A DNA stretch of 18,545 nucleotides, taken from contig JBDHWW010000056.1 of NCBI GenBank assembly GCA_039810425.1, forward strand, positions 1-18,545, in the 5' to 3' direction. The translations under genes were made by a program, and so were the position numbers. Position 1 is the first letter of the stretch; each line of letters opens with the position of its first letter. This DNA comes from Pseudobdellovibrionaceae bacterium (GTDB lineage Bacteria; Bdellovibrionota; Bdellovibrionia; Bdellovibrionales; Bdellovibrionaceae). The notes beneath the pieces were generated by a model. That model was not told the origin of the DNA. It searched no databases and saw nothing but the letters and a program-made list of their open reading frames with translations. Positions 1 through 7,116 of the stretch are shown here, one piece after another.

Positions 1-57
1 TTACGGGCGATGTGATTTGCGTTAGAGCTGCTCTTTAAAATTCATGCGAAAAACCCA

Positions 58-66
58 TGCTATAAG
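58..66 (+). promoter_or_regulatory. Possible extended -10 promoter for the transposase gene
   Basis: TGcTATAAG matches the extended -10 consensus TGnTATAAT except at the last base. It lies about 60 nt upstream of the ATG at 124. No good -35 element. SD-like GAGGTG at 113-118. Confidence 0.35.
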
Positions 67-123
67 TTTCTTACTCTCAGTGAGGCTGTAAGGGTCTTTC
101 ATAAGTTTAAAAGAGGTGCGTGA

Positions 124-615
124 ATGAAACAACTGGGGTTTGGGTTTATTGGGGACTATAAGAAAGAATTTGGTGGGAGCTTGCTATCTGGGAAAAGGAA
201 AACGGCCCGTCCGCTTTCGCTAAGACAGCCGATTCATCTTGTCCTCAAGAGCTCAGGAAGTTCTTGTTTTGTTCCTGGCCATCGTAAGATGGAGTTATTG
301 ATAAAGTCCCATGCCAAGAGGTATGGGATTCAACTTTATGAGGTTTCACTGAACTGGTCGCATATTCATTTGTTGGTGAAACTTCCCTCGCGGGACGCTT
401 ATTTGGCCTTTATCAGAACCCTGACTTCTTTACTGGTGAGCCTTCTTTCAAAGCTTAAAGGAAGGTCCCTCAAGGGCCTTTTTGATCTTCGCCCTTTTAC
501 TAAGATCTTATCTTGGGGGAAGCAGTTTAAAGCCGTGGTCGCCTATCATGAGCTCAATGATTTAGAGGGGCGTGGGCTTCTGGTGAGAAAGAAGAAAACG
601 AAACGCCCGGGATAA
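124..615 (+). CDS. HUH/Y1 tyrosine transposase (IS200/IS605 TnpA superfamily, RAYT-like), stand-alone
   Basis: 163 aa, the typical size for this family. N-terminal PIHLVLK strand, HUH motif in NWSHIHLLV, GLFDLRPF segment, and a single candidate catalytic Tyr in the C-terminal helix (AVVAYHELN). No tnpB alongside. Confidence 0.85.
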   Translation: MKQLGFGFIGDYKKEFGGSLLSGKRKTARPLSLRQPIHLVLKSSGSSCFVPGHRKMELLIKSHAKRYGIQLYEVSLNWSHIHLLVKLPSRDAYLAFIRTLTSLLVSLLSKLKGRSLKGLFDLRPFTKILSWGKQFKAVVAYHELNDLEGRGLLVRKKKTKRPG

Positions 616-708
616 TAGTGGCTGCGAGGCCCCGGTGCGGGCCGCCTTTTAAAACGGAGAGTCCAAGCGCGCGCTTCTCGGATTTTTCGAAAGGGGGTGT
701 TTCGTGCC

Positions 709-736
709 AAAAAAAACGGAGCCGTCGGGCTCCGTT
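709..736 (-). terminator. Rho-independent terminator of the 796..2055 gene (possibly bidirectional)
   Basis: Perfect 9-bp stem AACGGAGCC (715-723) / GGCTCCGTT (728-736) with a 4-nt loop. The A8 run at 709-716 gives a U-tract on the minus strand, about 60 nt past the stop codon. Confidence 0.85.
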
Positions 737-795
737 GGTTTGTGTCCGCAATATGTTTTTACTGAAATTCGACCTCTCCTTGTTGGTAAAATCGC

Positions 796-2055
796 TTATT
801 TGGTAATGTTGAGATAGCGGAACCAAAGGTCGAACATGAGATGCAGTTTTCCGTCCGCTGTTTTTACCACAGACTTCATGAGCGTCTGATTCCCGTACTG
901 ATCCGTTTCTTTATAACGTTTGTCGTAATGGAGGTCGATCACAGTCAGACTTTTTTCTTGAAGAGTGTAAAGCTCATTTGGGTCCGCAATGCCATCGCGG
1001 TTGCTATCTTTCCACAAACGAAGCTCGCTGAAAATAACATCATCCTCGGTGATCAAACCGTCTTTGTCGTCATCGTATTTTGCCAGAGCTGCATAACCAT
1101 TGGCAGCAAACTTACCATCGGGGCCTTTGGTGTTATCACCAAACATCTCATCAATGCCCAAGACACGGCCTTGCTTATTCGGCAAGACGATGAAGTAGTA
1201 CTCTTGGTTGTCTGGAGTGAGCCAGGAAATCTGCTTCTTGTCATGAGCTCTTGGGAAAGAGTTTTCGCCGAGGATATCGAACTGAATGCCATCAAGTGGC
1301 GAAGTCAGCTGGATTCCACGAGACTCGGAGTTCATGCTCACGATGAGTGGGGATACACGGCTGTCACAATTGGCTTGTGTCCCATCTGTGCTTGTACTGC
1401 CGTATTGTTTGTTCAAACCGCTATACATGCTGTTTTGCTTGTTGAAGTCGAAAAGAATCGTGATTTTCTGGCTGCTTGTCGTGTAAGAGCCATCAGCATT
1501 CTTCGTCAACGGGATATCGCTTTGAGTGTACCCCTTTGATGTAAACGCCGAAGAAGCCACGGCGGCATCCATAATGTGAGCCTCATATTTCCCAACAGGG
1601 AGTTCCGCGCACGGCGTGAAGCTGGCTTTTTTTGAATTCAAGATTTGCGATTTAAAGTCACCGCTGAGTTCGCAAACCACTTTATTAGTTTTATCAACAA
1701 TCACGATTTTCAATGCCGCCGCCGTCAGCACGTTACCGCCGGCAGACTGGCTGCGTACATTGGAACATTCAAATGAGAAACTCACCGGCACACTTGCTTT
1801 TGGGGTGTTGGCGTCTTCACCTTTTGGCGGATTTTTGATGCCGGCAGGGTCATTGCCTGGGCGAACACCCGCGATGTTGCCGTCATCTCCTGGAGTTGTA
1901 CCAAAGACTCCTTCCTTGCTGAGAGCTTCCGCCTTGGCGGCCTCATCAATGGTGAACTTTGCCTGCGAACAGTTTTGGTAGCCAAAGGCCATCAAACCGC
2001 CAAGCACAACGACGGTCACAACAGGCACTAACTTACTGTTTTTCCGTGCATTCAT
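796..2055 (-). CDS. Predicted lipoprotein (419 aa) with a C-terminal Ca2+-binding domain resembling the FrpC/ApxIVA self-processing module
   Basis: Start reassigned to the ATG at 2055: a G-rich SD precedes it and the 77 upstream codons of the listed ORF overlap promoter elements. Basic N-region and hydrophobic stretch ending GYQN-C29. C-terminus has SPLIV...EMFGDNTKGPDGKFAANGYAALAKYDDDKDGLITEDD...LRLWKDSNRDGIADPNELYTL, with EF-hand-like DxDxDG loops. Confidence 0.8.
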   Translation of the reverse strand: MNARKNSKLVPVVTVVVLGGLMAFGYQNCSQAKFTIDEAAKAEALSKEGVFGTTPGDDGNIAGVRPGNDPAGIKNPPKGEDANTPKASVPVSFSFECSNVRSQSAGGNVLTAAALKIVIVDKTNKVVCELSGDFKSQILNSKKASFTPCAELPVGKYEAHIMDAAVASSAFTSKGYTQSDIPLTKNADGSYTTSSQKITILFDFNKQNSMYSGLNKQYGSTSTDGTQANCDSRVSPLIVSMNSESRGIQLTSPLDGIQFDILGENSFPRAHDKKQISWLTPDNQEYYFIVLPNKQGRVLGIDEMFGDNTKGPDGKFAANGYAALAKYDDDKDGLITEDDVIFSELRLWKDSNRDGIADPNELYTLQEKSLTVIDLHYDKRYKETDQYGNQTLMKSVVKTADGKLHLMFDLWFRYLNITK

Positions 2056-2123
2056 TGAGTTCCCCCCCCGGACAATGAAAATAAAAAAACGCCACCGTTC
2101 AATATTATAGTGATTTATTGTAG

Positions 2124-2140
2124 TGCAGGAACGGGGCCAA
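2124..2140 (-). promoter_or_regulatory. Sigma54 (-24/-12) promoter for the lipoprotein gene
   Basis: Minus strand reads TTGGCCCCGTTCCTGCA, an exact GG-N10-GC spacing with TTGGC and TGCA context, about 70 nt upstream of the ATG at 2055. Confidence 0.7.
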
Positions 2141-2292
2141 ACGAAATGGGCCACGCCTGAACTGGGACCAAAAACCAGTCTAGTACTTTGACATCTGTGC
2201 GAAAGGCACCAGACAATTCTCACTCTGAAACAGGCACTCCATTGGGAATTGTTTGCTTCAGAAAGAAACACTGAGCGCGACCTCAATCCAGT

Positions 2293-2319
2293 TAATTTGC
2301 GAGAGTCTCTGGCCGATAC
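2293..2319 (+). promoter_or_regulatory. Sigma28/FliA-type promoter
   Basis: TAAT(2293-2296)-N15-GCCGATAC(2312-2319), compared with the consensus TAAA-N15-GCCGATAA. A strong SD (TAAGGAGG) precedes the ATG at 2357. Confidence 0.7.
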
Positions 2320-2356
2320 GCAAAGTGTTATAGTTTATATCTAAGGAGGAACCGCC

Positions 2357-3766
2357 ATGGGGACGTTCAAACCACTGTTGTTAGTAATTGTATTGCTTGC
2401 TTCCATAAGTTTAATGCCTTCGGCACATGCGAAGTCCGTAGACTCAGCTCAGGTAGATGCTGAAGAAGCGGCGACAGATGCAGAAGGCGCTAAAGCCGAT
2501 GCCGCCGAAGCAAAAAGAAGAGCTGAGGAAGAAAGAAAAAGACTTGATAAAGCCCGTGCGGAGGCTAAAGCCGCGCTAGAAAAAGCTCGTTCTGCGGAAG
2601 CAAACGCGAAAAAAGAGCAAGCCGAAGCGGAACGGGAAGTTGCTCGTGCAAAGCAGGAAACTGCTGAAAATGAAAAGCAACAAAAACAGGCCGAGCAACA
2701 ACAAGCTCAATCTGAAGCCCGCATTAAAGCGGCTCAAGAAAAAGTAACTCAAGCGAAAGCCGCAAAAGATCAAGCTATTGAAAAACGTAAAGCGGCGGTG
2801 AAATCTTCTGAAGACGTCGCTTCGAGAGCAAAGGACAGCGAAAAAGAGGGCCAAAAGGCGATGGACGAAGCCGCTAAAGCGACTAAAGAGCTTGAAGATG
2901 CGAAGCTGAAGTTGAAACAAACTGAAGCGGAGATGGCCAAGACTCAGTTGAATACACAAAAAGCGGTTGCCCAGGGTAAAGCGACTGAAGCTCGTGTCAA
3001 GGTGGAAATGGCTCGTATCGAGGCTGACAAAGCCCGTGCGGAAGCGGACATCAAGAAGAACCAAGCCGCTCACACTCAAGCGGACGCGTCTGTGAAGAAA
3101 TTGGAAGAAGACCAAAAGACCGCAGTGGAATCTTTTGCGAAGATCAAATCATCTTTAGATGAGGAGAAGAAAAAGGCGGACGAGGCGAAGGCGAACGAAG
3201 AAAAAGCCCGCGCGGCCTTTGCAAAATCTAAAACGGACCTCGAAAAGTCTAAAGCGGAACTACAAAAGGCAACGGCGGAAGCGACTTTTGAAACCGGCAA
3301 AGCTAAAAAAGCCGTCGCGGAGCTTGAAACCCAATCCGCAAAGGCGGATGCGGAGCTTGCCCGTTTGAAAGCGGAAGCAGAAAAGGCCAAGAAGGAACGT
3401 GAAGCTATCGAGGAAGCCCTCGAAAAAGCAAAGTCCAAGGCGGATGAGCATGCGATCCGCGTCGATACGGCAAAAGCAGAGACTGAAACAGAAAAATCCA
3501 TGTTGGAAACCGCAAAAATTAGAGCGGAAACAGCGGGCTTGAACGTGTCGGGTATCGCGGCCATTAAAAAGTCTGCGACTGGCAACACGAGCGCAAGCAC
3601 GAAGACTTTGGTTAAAGACTGTGTGGTTCGTTCTAAGCCTGATTCTGGAAAGCAAGTGGGTGTGGCAAAGAAAGGCTCCAACGTGAGCATTACCGGCCAA
3701 CAAGGTGTATGGGTGCAAGTGAATAGCCCTGAAGGGTACATGCACCAGAACTGCGTTAACAAGTAG
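2357..3766 (+). CDS. Secreted Ala/Lys/Glu-rich long coiled-coil protein with a C-terminal SH3b-like domain
   Basis: Sec signal ending AHA. About 370 aa of Pro-free A/E/K/Q-rich helical sequence. C-terminal VRSKPDSG..VG...KG..V......GVWVQV...EGYM pattern typical of bacterial SH3 domains, bracketed by two Cys. Confidence 0.8.
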   Translation: MGTFKPLLLVIVLLASISLMPSAHAKSVDSAQVDAEEAATDAEGAKADAAEAKRRAEEERKRLDKARAEAKAALEKARSAEANAKKEQAEAEREVARAKQETAENEKQQKQAEQQQAQSEARIKAAQEKVTQAKAAKDQAIEKRKAAVKSSEDVASRAKDSEKEGQKAMDEAAKATKELEDAKLKLKQTEAEMAKTQLNTQKAVAQGKATEARVKVEMARIEADKARAEADIKKNQAAHTQADASVKKLEEDQKTAVESFAKIKSSLDEEKKKADEAKANEEKARAAFAKSKTDLEKSKAELQKATAEATFETGKAKKAVAELETQSAKADAELARLKAEAEKAKKEREAIEEALEKAKSKADEHAIRVDTAKAETETEKSMLETAKIRAETAGLNVSGIAAIKKSATGNTSASTKTLVKDCVVRSKPDSGKQVGVAKKGSNVSITGQQGVWVQVNSPEGYMHQNCVNK

Positions 3767-3774
3767 CATGTTGT

Positions 3775-4410
3775 ATGTTTTCATTCTTCATTCGTCGGCC
3801 CTGGGCCGTTCATAATCCTCTGAAATCCTGGACTCTCGCAGGCTTGAGTATGCGGGAGTGCCAACTTTTGGTGGCGTCAATGACGGATGCGGAAGTAAAA
3901 GTAAGTTGGGCGCACCACGAAGATTGGACCGAGTGGAAACCGCTCAGCGAGCCTGAATGCCACGATCTATTTGGCTATAAAGACAGTGCCCACGGCGAGT
4001 TGCCGGTGGTTCCGCAAATCACCCAAGAAGACGATCACGAAATCACACAGGTGCGCATGGTCGCAGTGGGCGTGCAGAAGCGTGAGCTGATTGCGCGCAA
4101 GTACACGCGCTATGAAGCAAAGTTTCCGGTGGAAATCGTGGTGGGGGCGAACAGTTTTTCAACGAACACGTGTGATATGTCCGAGGGCGGTTTCTGCTTC
4201 GAAGACAAGCTGCCGGATTGGGTGGCGGGATATTTCACCGTCGTAGTAAACGCCCCCGAGAAGATGTTTGAGTTCACCTGCTTCTTGGCTGAAGACCAAA
4301 AAAAGGACAAATTCCGCGCCGAAGTGGCTCCGACAACTTCAGAACAGGTCATCCGCGAATTCCGCAATTGGCTGGTAGGACAAAAGTTCCCCGCGGTAGC
4401 CCAGCGTTAG
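3775..4410 (+). CDS. PilZ-domain protein (putative c-di-GMP receptor) with a Trp-rich N-terminal domain
   Basis: RxxxR (RKYTR) and DxSxxG (DMSEGG) PilZ motifs are both intact. N-terminal W..H..W..W..L segment is reminiscent of GYF_2. Starts 8 nt after the previous stop, so it is likely co-transcribed. Confidence 0.85.
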   Translation: MFSFFIRRPWAVHNPLKSWTLAGLSMRECQLLVASMTDAEVKVSWAHHEDWTEWKPLSEPECHDLFGYKDSAHGELPVVPQITQEDDHEITQVRMVAVGVQKRELIARKYTRYEAKFPVEIVVGANSFSTNTCDMSEGGFCFEDKLPDWVAGYFTVVVNAPEKMFEFTCFLAEDQKKDKFRAEVAPTTSEQVIREFRNWLVGQKFPAVAQR

Positions 4411-4438
4411 CAGGCAAAGCCCCTAGCGGTTTGAACGG

Positions 4439-4939
4439 GTGAATACGGAATTGGAAAATACTCCGGGCTTTTCAAATGTCACTTGCAAGCCAGGCACACC
4501 TAACGATTCAAATTTTTCCTTTACCATGAACGGAAAGGCAATCCGCGTGTTTGTTTATGCTGGAGCCGGTAATGAAGCTGTCTATGGCTTTACGAAACAA
4601 GATGGAACTAATGCTGTTGTGACAATGAAAGGCGATAAGCTTGAGGTCAGTGACGGAAATATGTTTGATCAAATGACAGGCTTGCATCGCAGAGGAAACT
4701 TAGCTGCAGGAAGTGGGAATCGATCCGTTTTTTCCTCTGATGACGGCAAGCAGTTGGAGCTTCAATCTGACGTAACAGCAGGAAACATGGGTCTAACGAT
4801 CATTAAGCTTAAATCTATTAATGGAAAATTGAATGATTTTTAACTCAGCTTTTCCATTTCGGGAGTTAACAGCACTGAGGAAGGCATGAGTGTGGTTAAG
4901 GTCCTTCGCCCAATTGTCGAAAGACAGATCGAGTTCTAA
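4439..4939 (+). pseudogene. AT-rich hypothetical gene, probably a remnant (no SD, possible premature TAA at 4841-4843)
   Basis: GTG start without an SD. After the TAA the same frame stays open for 31 codons (LSFSISGVNSTEEGMSVVKVLRPIVERQIEF) to a TAA at 4937-4939. Hand-counted GC is 23/60 at 4501-4560 and 15/60 at 4801-4860, against 32/60 at 4321-4380. Confidence 0.45.
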
Positions 4940-5094
4940 GTCTTATGCTCGTTTGGCCCTGGTCTCTGCGACTCAACGTCGAATAATTTGGAATCGGCAT
5001 CGCAACAATAAAAGCATCTGGATCGCAAGATTTGAATAAACTTTCTGAAAACCTGAACCACTCGATAGGCGGAGCCACCACGTCCCGACCGACC

Positions 5095-6192
5095 CTAGAT
5101 TGTCGCGTTTGTTGTGGCGTCTTGCATGTAGTAGACGGTTTGGGTTGGATAGGCGAAGATGACGCCCATTTCTTTGGCGGTGGACAGGATTTCGCAGAAA
5201 ATTTTTTGCTGGCGCTGCATTTCTTCGTTGGCGTCGAAAACGGCCAAGTGGAAGTTTACCAAAACATTCAATGTCGAGTCCGCAAAACCATTGAAAGCGA
5301 CGATGATCGTGTCCTGTGCCACCGCAGGCTCTTGCGAAATAAGGTACTTCACGCGGGCGCAGAACTGCTCAATTAACTCCGGTGGCGTATCGTAGTGCAA
5401 ACCCAACACCTGGCGGATGCGGCGGAAGGGACGTGCGCCCATGTTGTCGATCTTTTCCGAAGCCATCGTTGAGTTCGGGATCGTCACCAAAGAGTTGTAC
5501 ACCGTACGAATGCGCGTTGAACGGAACCCGATGGATTCGATGCTGCCTTCGACGTCGTTGATCTTCACCGCATCGCCGATTGAGAAAGGGCGATCCAGCA
5601 AAATCATCACGGAGCCGATCAAGTTCTTCGCCGCATCCTGAGCGGCCAAAGCAAAGGCCAAACCTCCGAGCCCGAGGCCCGCCAGAAGCGACATCACGTT
5701 CACGCCAAAGTTTTGCAGCACAATCAGAACACCAAGAACCACCACCAGGATTTTCGCCGTCTTTACCGCCATCGGCGCGAGGTAGTCGTCCATGGCGCTC
5801 GGAGTTTTTGCCGTATAATCCTTTAGCACGGCACCCACAGCATCCATAGCAATGTAGGCCAGGCGGAGCAAGTTCAAGGCCAAGACAATCTTAATTGTGA
5901 TCGTCAAGTACCTATCAAGACGAGCCGGCATCTCCAAAGACTCCAGCGTGAAAGACCACATCATCGTAATGAATATCCAAGCTAACGCTGTTTCAATCGG
6001 CATCCGCGCATAGTACGAAATAAAACTATTTGGTTTCTTCTGGAAAACAGACAGTTGTTTCAATTTGCAGGCTATGTAGCGGAAGAAAGAAAAGAAGACG
6101 GTTCCCGCGGCCACAACTCCTGCCAAGACCAGCCACTTCCACGCGGCCACACCAAAAGTCAGTTCGTTCATCCAATGAGTTGCTTCGTTCAT
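5095..6192 (-). CDS. mscS: MscS-family small-conductance mechanosensitive channel
   Basis: Several TM helices; LLAGLGLGGLAFALAAQD TM3 signature; DRPFSIGD..I....G..E.IGFRSTRIR......VTIPN beta-domain; C-terminal FAYPT. Confidence 0.95.
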   Translation of the reverse strand: MNEATHWMNELTFGVAAWKWLVLAGVVAAGTVFFSFFRYIACKLKQLSVFQKKPNSFISYYARMPIETALAWIFITMMWSFTLESLEMPARLDRYLTITIKIVLALNLLRLAYIAMDAVGAVLKDYTAKTPSAMDDYLAPMAVKTAKILVVVLGVLIVLQNFGVNVMSLLAGLGLGGLAFALAAQDAAKNLIGSVMILLDRPFSIGDAVKINDVEGSIESIGFRSTRIRTVYNSLVTIPNSTMASEKIDNMGARPFRRIRQVLGLHYDTPPELIEQFCARVKYLISQEPAVAQDTIIVAFNGFADSTLNVLVNFHLAVFDANEEMQRQQKIFCEILSTAKEMGVIFAYPTQTVYYMQDATTNATI

Positions 6193-6977
6193 AATTTAAG
6201 CTCCACTCCTGAGTAGATCAGTACCAAGAAAATGACGCCCATCAAGATACGATAGTAACCAAAATATTTAAAACCATGACTCGATAGAAAACGAATGAAA
6301 GATTTGATCGCAATAATCGCCACGCAGAAAGCAATGACGTTGCCGATGAAGAGCAATGAAATCTGCGAAGATTCAATCGTCTTATAAAGCTTCAACGTTT
6401 TATAAAGAGTGGCCGCCGCCAAAGTCGGCACGGCAAGGAAGAATGAAAACTCTGCGGCCTCTTTGCGGTTCATGCCGAGGCCGAGACCGCCGATGATGGT
6501 TGCTGCGGAGCGAGACACGCCCGGAATCATTGCGATGGACTGGAAAAACCCCAGTGCTACGCTGTCCTTATATGTCAGCTGATCGGTTTTGCGTCCCTCA
6601 TGATTCAGATGTGCGAAGTACTTATCCGTCAAAATAAGAATAATGCCGCCGACAATAAAAGACCAGGCAACGACTTGAGCGCTCCCAAGGAGCATGTCGA
6701 CGTAGTCCTTGACAATAAATCCGATGATGGCCGTTGGCAAAAAGGCCACGAAAAGTTTTTTGTAGAAGCTCCAGCGGGGGAGAAATCGCCGCCAATACAC
6801 GACAAGGACGGCCAAAATGGCCCCGAACTGAATGATGACTTCAAAACTTTTAACAAAATCATTTTCCTGTATGCCCATCATATAAGAAGTCAAAACCATG
6901 TGACCCGTCGATGAAATGGGTAAAAACTCTGTCAATCCTTCAACAATGGAGAGAATAACGGCTTGTATAAGTGTCAT
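6189..6977 (-). CDS. uppP: Undecaprenyl-diphosphate phosphatase (BacA/UppP)
   Basis: VEGLTEFLPISSTGH and PGVSRSAAT motifs; AAEFSFFLAVP. The ATG at 6977 is preferred over the TTG at 6983. Overlaps the mscS start by 4 nt (ATGA), suggesting translational coupling. Confidence 0.97.
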   Translation of the reverse strand: MTLIQAVILSIVEGLTEFLPISSTGHMVLTSYMMGIQENDFVKSFEVIIQFGAILAVLVVYWRRFLPRWSFYKKLFVAFLPTAIIGFIVKDYVDMLLGSAQVVAWSFIVGGIILILTDKYFAHLNHEGRKTDQLTYKDSVALGFFQSIAMIPGVSRSAATIIGGLGLGMNRKEAAEFSFFLAVPTLAAATLYKTLKLYKTIESSQISLLFIGNVIAFCVAIIAIKSFIRFLSSHGFKYFGYYRILMGVIFLVLIYSGVELKL

Positions 6978-7116
6978 GGCCAAGGATTGTTGTAGAGAGT
7001 TGTTCTACTTTCAACTGTTGCTTTATGTGTCATAAAATTAAGATTCTTAAAAGATTTTGCTGTATTTCGATTGGCAAGTCTGACTATGATTTTTTCCAAC
7101 CACGGAGGGATCAACT

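Noticed and set aside
554..826. Short ORFs 554..826 (-) and 618..806 (+)
   Set aside because: They span the terminator and hairpin region between convergent genes, have no SD and show no recognisable motifs.
2194..2213. GAAA-containing hairpin considered as part of a c-di-GMP-I riboswitch upstream of the PilZ operon
   Set aside because: The other hallmark elements (GGCAAAC before and GACGCAAA after the GAAA stem) are missing, and it lies upstream of the predicted sigma28 promoter. An Infernal search against Rfam would settle it.
2056..2286. 77-codon N-terminal extension of the listed 496-aa ORF
   Set aside because: It overlaps the promoter elements, has atypical composition, and the internal ATG at 2055 has an SD and a proper signal peptide.
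2357..3766. Calling the coiled-coil protein TolA
   Set aside because: It has a cleavable AHA signal rather than a TM anchor, lacks a TolA/TonB C-terminal domain, and has no tolQR/tolB neighbours.
2576..3784. Long antisense ORFs opposite the coiled-coil gene, and similar ones opposite the lipoprotein, mscS, S8, A2M and pbpC genes
   Set aside because: These are shadow ORFs expected from the codon bias of the real genes (F/S/L/R-rich mirror translations) with no independent motifs.
4953..4969. TTGGCCCTGGTCTCTGC as a third sigma54 promoter
   Set aside because: The GG-to-GC spacing is 11 rather than 10, and no convincing plus-strand gene follows.
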